From Patescibacteria group bacterium (lineage in GTDB: Bacteria > Patescibacteriota > Patescibacteriia > JBDRGY01): a stretch of 64,000 nucleotides of DNA. The notes under the pieces were generated by a model. It made no database searches. It worked only from the letters and a program-made list of their open reading frames with translations, and was not told the origin of the DNA. This document shows positions 18,562-27,382 of this stretch, in pieces; positions within the stretch are counted from its first letter, which is position 1; each line of letters opens with the position of its first letter. Made by a program: the position numbers and the translations under genes. The stretch is taken from assembly GCA_043817315.1 (NCBI GenBank), contig JBDRGY010000016.1:4863-68862 (forward strand), written 5' to 3'.

Positions 18562-18584
18562 TACCTATACCATAGGTATAGGTA
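18562..18584. promoter_or_regulatory. Candidate CsoR operator: perfect 10-bp inverted repeat with 3-bp spacer just downstream of a putative -35/-10 and upstream of csoR
   Basis: TACCTATACC-ata-GGTATAGGTA. Resembles the CsoR ATACC...GGTAT-type pseudo-palindrome. Preceded on the coding strand by TTGACT and an A/T-rich -10. Confidence 0.5.
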
Positions 18585-18637
18585 TAATAATACAAACAAA
18601 AAATAAGTCAATTAAGACTTATCAACAGTCCCCATTA

Positions 18638-19486
18638 TTAGCCGAACATCAACCAGGCCGGTTTGAATAACATTAGTAACCCAATTACTAACATCAATAT
18701 TCCCCCGATTAGAGCTGAGGCACGAGTGTATTTACTGGTCAGGCCTACTGCCCTAAGGGTAACCATAGCTACAATAAAGACAATCATATCATCCAGCATA
18801 AAGATGAAGATATACAGGGCTATATAGAGATAATATTGAGAGGTAGGAATTTCTGACATAGTCAGAATCTGGGTATAAACAACTGGCAAGCCGGCCGAAC
18901 AGATTACCTCAACTAAGTTAACTGCAAAGGCCAGCAGGATAATCCCGCCCAAGGCCAGCCAAAACTGTTTTTTTTGAGTAATGGTTCTCAGCTTGTCAAA
19001 AATCTGGCGCCTTTTCTCTCCTTCACTGGCCGGACAACCCGGTCGATTGTCCCACCATTTTTTCAAATTGTAATAGGCAGATCCCAGGGCTACTAAACCA
19101 ATTATGGTCCGGACCCATCGGAAAAATCCCAAGAAAGTGAGAACATTGAGCCAGGCCACCATAAATAGGAAATAGACAAAGGCCGAAGCCAAGATAAAAG
19201 TGGAGCCGAAAATCCACATTCTTTTTCGGTCTTTCATGTTCAGCAGTAGACTAATCAAAAATAACAACACCCACATAGCGCAGGGATTAAAGCCGTCCAG
19301 GGCACCGATAATCACTGTCAAAATTGGCAAGGACACTGATGCAGTTTTTAGTTCACCGATAAACGGTAAATTGATAGTTTCTGGAATTTCCGTAAATTCC
19401 TGGGCCGCAGCTCCTTGAACCAAACAAAATAAAAATAGGACTACTATTAATCCTATTAATAAACGTTTTGTTTTTTTATAACTCAT
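18638..19486 (-). CDS. ccdA: CcdA/DsbD-family transmembrane thiol-disulfide electron transporter
   Basis: Polytopic. Conserved GFNPC motif in TM1 and second Cys in a later TM (VICSAGLPV). Confidence 0.8.
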   Translation of the reverse strand: MSYKKTKRLLIGLIVVLFLFCLVQGAAAQEFTEIPETINLPFIGELKTASVSLPILTVIIGALDGFNPCAMWVLLFLISLLLNMKDRKRMWIFGSTFILASAFVYFLFMVAWLNVLTFLGFFRWVRTIIGLVALGSAYYNLKKWWDNRPGCPASEGEKRRQIFDKLRTITQKKQFWLALGGIILLAFAVNLVEVICSAGLPVVYTQILTMSEIPTSQYYLYIALYIFIFMLDDMIVFIVAMVTLRAVGLTSKYTRASALIGGILMLVIGLLMLFKPAWLMFG

Positions 19487-19989
19487 TGCTTGCCCAGCTT
19501 TCTAATCACAAAAACCACAACCACCACCAGAACTAACGTTCCTCCCAGAGTATACCAAACCAGACTACTATCTGATTGATTCCCCTGAAAGCTACTGATA
19601 ATTTCTGCTATCTGGTTGCTACAATTACCCGCCAAACATTTATCTATCTTTTCCTTGATCTGGGTTCCGGTCAGATCGGCATCGTAAAAGCCGCCTACGT
19701 ATTCATCGTTAATAAAAGTTACCGGTACTCCCCTAACATCAGCATCGAGTGATTTGCCTATTTCTTTGAGCAAATTTGCATTTCCGGGATCATTGTAGGT
19801 TTCGTACCTTATAATCTCTACCTCGGGGTACTGATCAGGCAGAGTGGCCAAAAACTCTTCTTCCTCAGCACAATGCGGGCAGCCCTCTCCATAAAAAAAG
19901 TAAAGACTAACCTCCTGAGCCAATACTGGTCCGGCTCGGAATATAAGTGATAAAAAAATGATTGCTAATAAAAATTTAAGTTTGTTCAC
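19483..19989 (-). CDS. Secreted, membrane-anchored thioredoxin-like oxidoreductase (CPHC active site)
   Basis: Signal peptide. GEGCPHCAEEEEFL. Second CxxxC (CLAGNC). C-terminal TM helix. Overlaps ccdA by 4 nt. Confidence 0.7.
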   Translation of the reverse strand: MNKLKFLLAIIFLSLIFRAGPVLAQEVSLYFFYGEGCPHCAEEEEFLATLPDQYPEVEIIRYETYNDPGNANLLKEIGKSLDADVRGVPVTFINDEYVGGFYDADLTGTQIKEKIDKCLAGNCSNQIAEIISSFQGNQSDSSLVWYTLGGTLVLVVVVVFVIRKLGKQ

Positions 19990-19990
19990 T

Positions 19991-20257
19991 CTATTTCTCC
20001 TTATTGTTCTCCAAGATTGAGATTAATTCTTGTTTATCCACTTCCCCATATATTCTTTTAAATTCCTGGCCCGATTTGTCTAAAAAAATAAAACAGGGGT
20101 AATCGGTAATGTTATAATTCTTAACATATTCTGGATTTTCGTCAACATCCATATATTTTGTTTCCAACCAAGGTAATTCCTTTTCAATCTCTTCCCAGCG
20201 CGGTTTCATCACCAGGCAGCCGGCACACCAGATAGCTCCGAACTTTAATACTTTCAT
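19991..20257 (-). CDS. Small thioredoxin (WCAGC)
   Basis: 88 aa. WCAGC active-site motif and thioredoxin fold pattern. Confidence 0.75.
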   Translation of the reverse strand: MKVLKFGAIWCAGCLVMKPRWEEIEKELPWLETKYMDVDENPEYVKNYNITDYPCFIFLDKSGQEFKRIYGEVDKQELISILENNKEK

Positions 20258-20259
20258 AT

Positions 20260-20538
20260 TTATTTCTTAATAATCTTTATTGCCTTTCCTTCTATTACGG
20301 CTTGACTGACCTTTTTATGGGCTGAGCTAATAATTCGTTGAAAAGTGCTTTGAGAGGTATTCATCATCTTGGCCGCCTTTATCTGGTCATAGTCTTTGAC
20401 ATCCTTTAATCTTAAGGATTCTACTTCTTCCGGTGTTAATTCGATTGAACGCAAAGAACGCAACGGCACCCCCTGTGGTTTAAAATAATGGGCCCGGGCT
20501 CTAAACCTTATTCGTCTGCACCTTCTTGGTCTGGGCAT
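20260..20538 (-). CDS. DUF134/UPF0251 family putative DNA-binding protein
   Basis: MPRPRRCRRIRF...F.P.G N-terminal signature and sigma-70 region-4-like HTH. Preceded by an extended -10 TGTTATAAT on the coding strand. Confidence 0.8.
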   Translation of the reverse strand: MPRPRRCRRIRFRARAHYFKPQGVPLRSLRSIELTPEEVESLRLKDVKDYDQIKAAKMMNTSQSTFQRIISSAHKKVSQAVIEGKAIKIIKK

Positions 20539-20633
20539 ATCTATTAGTTATTATAACAATTTTGACATTTAAATAAAGTTAACTAGAATATAAATGCGGG
20601 GAGCCCCCTGGAATTTATCCCAGAGGGCTCTAT

Positions 20634-20891
20634 TTACTTGGCTGAAGATAGGTCCTTTTTTACTTTAGTAATTTCAGCCAAATCTTCCTTTAACATCTTT
20701 TCTTCCTGGTTTAAGGCATCTAGCTCATCTGCCTTAGTCCAATTCATCCGATAACCACCTTGCCTGGAAAACCCGCGACCCAAACCTCTGCCACAACCTC
20801 TTGAGCCATAACCGGCTCCACAAGGACCCATTCCTCGTCCTGCTCCGGGACCACCGCCCCAGACCGGACCTTGTCCATCATATCCTGACAT
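20634..20891 (-). CDS. DUF5320-like small protein: Gly/Arg-rich N-terminus with two Cys, C-terminal coiled coil
   Basis: MSGYDGQGPVWGGGPGAGRGMGPCGAGYGSRGCGRGLGRG...coiled-coil tail. ATG at 20891 with RBS GGGAGG 8 nt upstream. The track's GTG at 20900 is probably not the start. Confidence 0.6.
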   Translation of the reverse strand: MSGYDGQGPVWGGGPGAGRGMGPCGAGYGSRGCGRGLGRGFSRQGGYRMNWTKADELDALNQEEKMLKEDLAEITKVKKDLSSAK

Positions 20892-20914
20892 CGTTCTCAC
20901 CTCCCTTCATAGTT

Positions 20915-20973
20915 AAATTCTAAATTCGAAGCACTAAATCAGAAACAAATTCAAAATTCCAATATCTAAATTC
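20915..20973 (-). promoter_or_regulatory. Array of five GAATTT hexamers (two GAATTTnGAATTT 13-mers plus one single) upstream of the DUF5320 gene
   Basis: Coding-strand sequence GAATTTaGAATTT-N21-GAATTTtGAATTT-N14-GAATTT immediately 5' of the RBS. Confidence 0.35.
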
Positions 20974-21214
20974 AAAACGTATTCTTTATATAGTTTGGAA
21001 TTTAAGATTTGGAGCATTGGATGTTGTTTAGTATTTCGGATTTAGGATTTATAATTTTCAATGAACAGGGGAGCTTATCCACAGAAACTGGGTTATGAAT
21101 ATTTACCCATTTGGCTAATCTTAGCTCTTTCATGGGGTTATGGGTATTTACCCATAACTAATCATATCATACTAAAAAAACCTGTCAAGAGGACAGGTCA
21201 AATTTTATTCGTCT

Positions 21215-21964
21215 TTACTCTAAAAGAAGCAGCAGTAGCATTAAACCGATTCCCACCAGAAAAATTAGCAACTGTAATATACTCCTGCCGATCTTGGTTT
21301 CTTTTTTTAATTCGGGGATTAAATCTGCTGTAGCAATGTAAATAAACCCACCAATGGTAAGCGGGACAACAAAACTTAAAATATTATCTAGTTGCTCGTT
21401 TAAAGACAATATTACTATTGCCCCAACAATCGCCAGAAGGGCGGTTAGAAAATTGGTGAGTAAAGCTTTCTTCCGAGAAAAACCAGCGTGCAGCAATACT
21501 CCAAAATCACCAATTTCCTGAGGAACCTCGTGGAGAATTACAGCGACACTGGTGGCAATTCCCACTGGGATACTAACCAGAAAACTTCCGGCGATGATCA
21601 TGCCGTCAATCAAATTGTGCAAGCCATCTCCGATTAAATTGGTATAGGCAAAGGGGTGGGGATGATCATCTGATGTCGGAATATGGCAATGCCGCCAATA
21701 AAGAACCTTTTCTAGAATGAAAAATATGACAATCCCCAAAAGAATGTATAGAGAAAGCTGCAGTTCAGTACCACAGGCTTCAAAGGCTTCGGGCAGTAAA
21801 TGGATAAAAGCACCGCCTAGCAGACCGCCCGCTGACAAGCTAACCAGAAAAAGCAGGGCTTTTTTTAATTTCTCTTGAGAAACGGAAAAACTAAATACCC
21901 CGATTAGGGAAATCAGGCTGATAACAACCACTGAACCTAAGGTATAAAGCCAAGTTTCGGTCAT
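21215..21964 (-). CDS. zupT: ZIP-family divalent metal transporter (ZupT-like)
   Basis: HEVPQEIGDFGVLLHAGFS signature. 8 TM segments. Confidence 0.85.
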   Translation of the reverse strand: MTETWLYTLGSVVVISLISLIGVFSFSVSQEKLKKALLFLVSLSAGGLLGGAFIHLLPEAFEACGTELQLSLYILLGIVIFFILEKVLYWRHCHIPTSDDHPHPFAYTNLIGDGLHNLIDGMIIAGSFLVSIPVGIATSVAVILHEVPQEIGDFGVLLHAGFSRKKALLTNFLTALLAIVGAIVILSLNEQLDNILSFVVPLTIGGFIYIATADLIPELKKETKIGRSILQLLIFLVGIGLMLLLLLLE

Positions 21965-22022
21965 AAAATCATTATAACAAAAAAGGCCCGATTATATAAC
22001 CGTGCCTCAATTAACAAACCCC

Positions 22023-23456
22023 TTATTCCCTTCTCAGGGCATCAATGGCATCCATTTTGGCAGCTTTGGCTGCCGGGTATAATCCAGAAACCAACCCCAC
22101 TAAAGTGGAAAAAGCAATCACTCCTACTAATAGATACCAGGGAATAACGATAATGCTATCAACGGAAAAGCTTTGGTCTGACATAATCCGGCCAGCCACC
22201 AAATTGACTATTTTAGACAACCCATAACCTGAGGCTGCTCCCAAAAAGCCGCCCCAAAAACCGATAAAGGCCGCTTCAATGGTAAATAGTCTCCTGACTG
22301 CTGCCCGAGAAGCACCCACTGCTTTCATCACACCAATCTCTCTGGTTCTTTCCATGGTAGCCATCACCATAGTATTAATAATGCCGATAGCTGCCACTAC
22401 CAGGGCAATGCCACCAATGGCACCCAAAACTATTTGGATTATTAAAAATAGTTTTAAGATATCGTCCAAAAAATCTTTGGCCGTGATTGCTCCCAATTCC
22501 AGCTCTTCAACGGCTGTGGCAACCGCTTCTACGTTCTCAGCATTGTTAACTAAAGCGATCAAAGACTGGTAGCCGTCCTCGGCAATCTTGTCTCTGGAGA
22601 CTAATTGTCCTATTGGCTGTGGCCAATCGGAATCAGCATATTGAACTCCGTATTGGGTTTGTTGTTCCATTTCTTGGCGGATAACTTCCACTCTCTGGTA
22701 TTCTTCCTCGGTTGGTTCTCCCCAATTCTGTTCCGTCATCAGTCGCCTAGCCCAGCCATCGGTGACGTAACTATTTCTATCATTCATTCCCGGATTAGAG
22801 ACACCTATTATCTCCGCTTCAATGTCGTAAGATCTCTGCCAATCTTCATTGGGGTCTCCCGGTTCCGGAACTCCTGTTTCTAAACTATGATAGCCCTCCC
22901 AAGTGGTAAAAGTAACTTTCTTACCCAAAACATCATTGGGATCTAATTCAAAATAATCAACAAAGGCATGGCCGAGAATTATTTTATTCATTTCATCATC
23001 AGAGGTAAAATTGCGGCCAGCAATTAAATCAACTTGACTAGCCTCGTTAATTCTCATACTTGATACATTGGCATTGGGTATTTTTTTCTCTTGTCCCTCA
23101 ATCAGCATGTTCTGTAGCGGGTGAACATGGACTGTAGGATTAACCGCTATTACATTAGTGATAGCTTCAACTTTGGCAATAATTTCGTCGTCTAATTTTA
23201 TTCCATCATCAGTCTCCCCAAATCCTCCGCCAAAAAAGGTGGCTTCGATATCTTGAGTGGGTAAGACGGTTACTTGATTCAAAACTCCGGCCTTTTCCAG
23301 CTGCTGCATAAATACGTTTTGGGCGCCCATGGCAATAGAAGTTAGGCTGACTACAGCCAAGGCACCGATTAATACAGCAATGATAGTCAAGAAGGTGCGG
23401 ATCTTTCTACGCCATAAGTTCTTGAAGGCCATTTTTAGATAATCAAAAAAGCGCAT
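22023..23456 (-). CDS. ABC transporter permease, FtsX/MacB-like with large periplasmic domain
   Basis: N-terminal TM, ~250-aa periplasmic insert, C-terminal FtsX-type 3-TM bundle. Confidence 0.8.
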   Translation of the reverse strand: MRFFDYLKMAFKNLWRRKIRTFLTIIAVLIGALAVVSLTSIAMGAQNVFMQQLEKAGVLNQVTVLPTQDIEATFFGGGFGETDDGIKLDDEIIAKVEAITNVIAVNPTVHVHPLQNMLIEGQEKKIPNANVSSMRINEASQVDLIAGRNFTSDDEMNKIILGHAFVDYFELDPNDVLGKKVTFTTWEGYHSLETGVPEPGDPNEDWQRSYDIEAEIIGVSNPGMNDRNSYVTDGWARRLMTEQNWGEPTEEEYQRVEVIRQEMEQQTQYGVQYADSDWPQPIGQLVSRDKIAEDGYQSLIALVNNAENVEAVATAVEELELGAITAKDFLDDILKLFLIIQIVLGAIGGIALVVAAIGIINTMVMATMERTREIGVMKAVGASRAAVRRLFTIEAAFIGFWGGFLGAASGYGLSKIVNLVAGRIMSDQSFSVDSIIVIPWYLLVGVIAFSTLVGLVSGLYPAAKAAKMDAIDALRRE

Positions 23457-24118
23457 TAGCGTATCCTCCCGTCATGCATTTTAATAATGCGCTCGGCGTA
23501 TTTAGCCATTTCCGGATCATGAGTCACCATCACAATGGTCACTTTTTGCTTCTTATTTAAATCTTGCAACAGGGCCATAATTTCTTTTCCGGTTTTGGTG
23601 TCCAGATTACCTGTTGGCTCATCAGCCAAAATAATTTTTGGGTTATTGATCAAAGCCCTGGCAATAGAGACTCTTTGCCGCTGACCAGCTGACAGCTGAT
23701 TGGGCCGATGCTTCAATCGATTTCCCAGTCCTACCACCTTTAATGCTTCAGCAGCTCGCTTCTTCTTTTCTTTGTCGCCCACCCCGGCAAAATACAGAGG
23801 AAGCATCACGTTTTCGACAGCAGTATAAAACGGCTGTAAATTAAAAGATTGGAACACGAAACCAATCTTTTGATTACGATATTTAGATAAGACCTTGTCT
23901 TTCAACCGGCCTAGGTCCTCATTATCAATCAATACTGTGCCAGAATCCGGAGAATCAAGTCCGCCGATTAGATTCAAAAAAGTCGTCTTACCGGAACCAG
24001 AGGGACCCATAATGGCCACGAATTCCCCGTCTTGGATTTTGAGATCAACGTGGAATAAGGCATTGATAGGGTCACCGCCCACTTCGTAGCGACGACTGGT
24101 GTTTTTTAACTCGATCAT
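23456..24118 (-). CDS. ABC transporter ATP-binding protein (MacB/LolD-like)
   Basis: GPSGSGKTT. LSAGQRQRVSIARAL. ILADEPTGNLD. Confidence 0.9.
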   Translation of the reverse strand: MIELKNTSRRYEVGGDPINALFHVDLKIQDGEFVAIMGPSGSGKTTFLNLIGGLDSPDSGTVLIDNEDLGRLKDKVLSKYRNQKIGFVFQSFNLQPFYTAVENVMLPLYFAGVGDKEKKKRAAEALKVVGLGNRLKHRPNQLSAGQRQRVSIARALINNPKIILADEPTGNLDTKTGKEIMALLQDLNKKQKVTIVMVTHDPEMAKYAERIIKMHDGRIR

Positions 24119-24185
24119 TTATATTTTATTTTTGTTTTTCTGTCTCTATTATAGCAGATTTTTGGTTAAAAATCAAGGCTAGTCA

Positions 24186-24683
24186 TCAAAACGGTTTCAG
24201 GGTATACGGTGTCATATTGTTCTGGGAATCATATACTTTTAAAGTAATTGTGGCCTCGACACACTCCCCCGGTGTGTCATAGCGCCACTCCTTTCTGTTG
24301 GTATATACATTGATAGGGTCCTCCTGGATCAAGTAACCGCAATCAACCGTCCAGCTATAGCTGACAACATCTCCTTCTGGATCTCGGACAATAGCAGTTA
24401 ACTGATAGCGATGCGGTGTATCCGGGTAATTTTGGTGTAGCTGAGAAATATTAATTCCCTGAATTTCCGGAGCCTGGTTGGTTGGTTCTTCTTCATCGGC
24501 ATTAGTATTTTCATTAGCCGTATTGGCGTTCTCGTTTTCCATCTGCTTTAACATTACGTTAGCGAACTCGGCATCTCTTTGCTGATCCTCCTCATCATCT
24601 TCGCAGCAATTGTCAATAAAGCCCGCAGTAAAAACAAAGGTGCCGATTAATATAATCAACGAGAAGGTTTTTGATTTCGTCAT
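24186..24683 (-). CDS. Secreted acidic hypothetical protein
   Basis: Signal peptide, Asp/Glu/Asn-rich region, Cys pairs. No homolog recognised. Confidence 0.45.
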   Translation of the reverse strand: MTKSKTFSLIILIGTFVFTAGFIDNCCEDDEEDQQRDAEFANVMLKQMENENANTANENTNADEEEPTNQAPEIQGINISQLHQNYPDTPHRYQLTAIVRDPEGDVVSYSWTVDCGYLIQEDPINVYTNRKEWRYDTPGECVEATITLKVYDSQNNMTPYTLKPF

Positions 24684-24685
24684 AA

Positions 24686-25657
24686 TTATTTTTTAAGCTC
24701 AATTACCTCAAAATCAGAATTGCTCACAGTCGAAGTAGAACCAGTAGAGGTCCGCCAAACCGCCTGAAAAGTATGATCACCTTCCAGAACCTGAGTCGTG
24801 CCAAAAAAAGCTAAACTGAAACTTTCGTCAGCCGTACCGGAAGTGCCGCGACGGGCGTAATCGCCGTACGAGTCCCCATCAATTTTCAAACCAATATCAG
24901 TATAACCGCCATTCTGATTGTTTTTAAATGTACCGCTGAACATAATCAAAACATTACTATTGCCAGTGGTCATGGTAAATTCTCCTTCTCCCATTACCTC
25001 ATAGCTGGTGGAAGTAGTGGTTTCACCTATACCAACTCCAGCACCCTGGATATCGGTTATGGCATTGTCAGCAAGATCATCTGTGTCAACTGTCCCGTCT
25101 AATATTTTAGCGCTGGTTACCGCGTTGCTGCCCAATTTACCTACAGAAATGGCTCCATCTTCAATCTTGATACCGCTTACCGCTCCTATGGCCAATTCAT
25201 CTGTATCTACTGCCCCATCAGCTATTTTGGCAGAAGTAACAGCATCAGTCGCCAAGTTAGCTGTAGCAATAATTCCATCGCCCAATAAACTACCAATGGT
25301 CAAAGACCCGGTAACCTCCATATTGTCGTTAACTATAAAAGGCATTTCATCATCTGTGCCAGCAGCCGCACCTCTAAAGACTCTTCCGTCAATCCGGACA
25401 TTGTCACCAAAGGTAACCGGGTTGTCAATATCACCTTCGGCAGTTGTTTCATTGACGATGGTTCCATTGAAGAAGGTAACCCCACCGACTCCTTGTTGAC
25501 CGATCCTGATAGAATCGAAAGGAACGGTTCCCTCTCCGGTAAAACTAGCGGCATAAACAATGCCGACGCAGGTCAGTAAAGAAACCCCAGCTACGGACAA
25601 TGAATAAGCTAATTTTTTCTTCATAGGATTTTTTGATGAATGATTAGTTGATTCCAT
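24686..25657 (-). CDS. Secreted repeat protein (paralog 1) with ~12-aa AVTxAKIxDGxV repeats
   Basis: Signal peptide VYA|ASF. N-terminal ~130 aa about 85 percent identical to the next gene. Internal D/A/T-rich short repeats. Confidence 0.6.
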   Translation of the reverse strand: MESTNHSSKNPMKKKLAYSLSVAGVSLLTCVGIVYAASFTGEGTVPFDSIRIGQQGVGGVTFFNGTIVNETTAEGDIDNPVTFGDNVRIDGRVFRGAAAGTDDEMPFIVNDNMEVTGSLTIGSLLGDGIIATANLATDAVTSAKIADGAVDTDELAIGAVSGIKIEDGAISVGKLGSNAVTSAKILDGTVDTDDLADNAITDIQGAGVGIGETTTSTSYEVMGEGEFTMTTGNSNVLIMFSGTFKNNQNGGYTDIGLKIDGDSYGDYARRGTSGTADESFSLAFFGTTQVLEGDHTFQAVWRTSTGSTSTVSNSDFEVIELKK

Positions 25658-25721
25658 TATATCATTTTTGTAAGAAAAGCGCCGCCTGGACGGCAGCGCC
25701 TTTCTTGCTCAATATCTTTAT

Positions 25722-26570
25722 CTATCTCTTTAACTCAATACAATCAAGGGTGTTGGCATATAGACTAGCTTCTTGGCCGACAACGGTATTCCAGCCCAAC
25801 TGGACTGTGTGATCACCGGACTCTACTTCAAAAATGGCCGAGGTAGTTAGGGTAACGAAACCGTTTCCCCCGCCATTGGTCTGTTTTCGGGCGGTCCTGT
25901 CAATAATCTCATCATCTAGCAGTATCGCTATGGTAATTGCCTGGTCTTCAGCGTCCACTGTCCCATAACCACTAAAAATGCAGAAGAGGTTGCTCTCTCC
26001 GGTGGTAATGTCCAGTTCAGCAGCAATATCGTAGTCGCCACCCGATTCAGTAGTCGTTTGGGTCTGAGTCTGTGAATCTTCAACGGCCTGGGTAACTGCC
26101 CCACCGAGAATCTTGGCTGTGGTAACGGCATCATCAGCTAAATCAGCCGTGGCGATCGTCCCGTCATCAATTTTGGCTGTGGTAACGGCATCATCAGCTA
26201 AATTAGTTGTGTCAATCACCCCGGTTGAGGCCAAGGAACCGATCGTTAAAGACCCCGTCACCTCCATATTGTCATTGACAATAAACGGCATGGTGTCTGC
26301 TGTCCCAGCCGTAGCTCCTCTAAAAACTCGGCCGTCAATTCGCACGTTATCGCCAAAGGTAACCGGGTTATCAGCATCACCAGCCGCAGTTGTTTCATTG
26401 ACGATAGTTCCATTAAAGAAAGTGACTCCGCCAACTCCCTGCTGCCCAATCCTGATGGAGTCAAAAGGAACCGTCCCTTCTCCGGTAAAACTGGCGGCAT
26501 AAACAATGCCAACACAGGTAATCAGGGAAACGCCAGTTACTGCTATTGAGTAGAGAATTTTCTTTTTCAT
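25722..26570 (-). CDS. Secreted repeat protein (paralog 2)
   Basis: Same N-terminal domain and repeat type as 24686..25657. Its own upstream TGaTATAAT -10 and GC hairpin are conserved with the paralog. Confidence 0.6.
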   Translation of the reverse strand: MKKKILYSIAVTGVSLITCVGIVYAASFTGEGTVPFDSIRIGQQGVGGVTFFNGTIVNETTAAGDADNPVTFGDNVRIDGRVFRGATAGTADTMPFIVNDNMEVTGSLTIGSLASTGVIDTTNLADDAVTTAKIDDGTIATADLADDAVTTAKILGGAVTQAVEDSQTQTQTTTESGGDYDIAAELDITTGESNLFCIFSGYGTVDAEDQAITIAILLDDEIIDRTARKQTNGGGNGFVTLTTSAIFEVESGDHTVQLGWNTVVGQEASLYANTLDCIELKR

Positions 26571-26672
26571 AGACCATTATTTAATAGTTAGTAACTATGC
26601 CCATTATATCATTTATTCTACTAAAAAAGAAAAGCGCCCTGTTATAGCTAGGGCGCCGTAAGAAGCTTCTGT

Positions 26673-27233
26673 CTATTCTCTGGCTTCTGCTTTGTTGAGA
26701 TTGTGAATCACCGGCCAGAGCCAAGCCCCCAAAAGGCCGATCAGCACCAGGCTGAATCTGTCCAGACCATGACCGAAGTCATGATAGCGGGTGAAGCAAA
26801 TGAACAGTTTACTGATGGCTAAGGCGAAGACAACGGCATCTAGACAAAGCAGGGTAATCCAGAGCTGCATTTCCTTCCAGTAGTAGCGCAGGAAGACCAA
26901 GATGTCCAGAGCAATCACCGCCTCAGCAAACATCAGACTTTTTTCCAGTTCCTCCATCTCCATCAGACCCAGGGAGACCAGGATCAAGCTAGACCCCAAG
27001 TAGATCCAGAGACCGAAGAAACAGAAGAAGATGATGCCAGAGACTGTTTTTCCCATCTCCAGACATCGTTTGAGGCTGATGCCGTGAGGAATAGCCACGA
27101 AGATCAGAATACACATCCCTCCGCAAAACAGCGAAATCAGCCCCAGCTTGGTGGCGATGTAGAAAACGCAGGCGGCGAAGATCCAGGGCAGAGCAAAGCC
27201 AATGGGATGAAATCCCTTTTTCTGTTCACTCAT
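26673..27233 (-). CDS. Hypothetical polytopic membrane protein in a GC-rich patch
   Basis: 186 aa, 5-6 TM helices. Local GC is clearly higher than the surrounding genome. Confidence 0.4.
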   Translation of the reverse strand: MSEQKKGFHPIGFALPWIFAACVFYIATKLGLISLFCGGMCILIFVAIPHGISLKRCLEMGKTVSGIIFFCFFGLWIYLGSSLILVSLGLMEMEELEKSLMFAEAVIALDILVFLRYYWKEMQLWITLLCLDAVVFALAISKLFICFTRYHDFGHGLDRFSLVLIGLLGAWLWPVIHNLNKAEARE

Positions 27234-27382
27234 TACTACCTCCCGTCCGAGTGGGACATAATATCAGTGACCTATTTGCCAAAGAACGTTATATCTTCTT
27301 ATCAAAACCTCCTTTATTTGTCAATAAAAAATGACCCTGTCAAAAACAGTGACAGGGTCTTGTCGCAAGACAGTTCTTCCCC

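Noticed and set aside
21061-21333. 90-aa plus-strand ORF upstream of the ZIP gene
   Set aside because: Overlaps the 3' end of the ZIP transporter gene on the other strand and has no RBS or homolog features. The region is more likely a promoter or terminator spacer.
25008-26515. Plus- and minus-strand ORFs of 68-163 aa overlapping the secreted-repeat paralogs
   Set aside because: Alternate-frame or antisense products of the Ala/Thr/Asp-rich repeats. The main frames have signal peptides and conserved paralogy.
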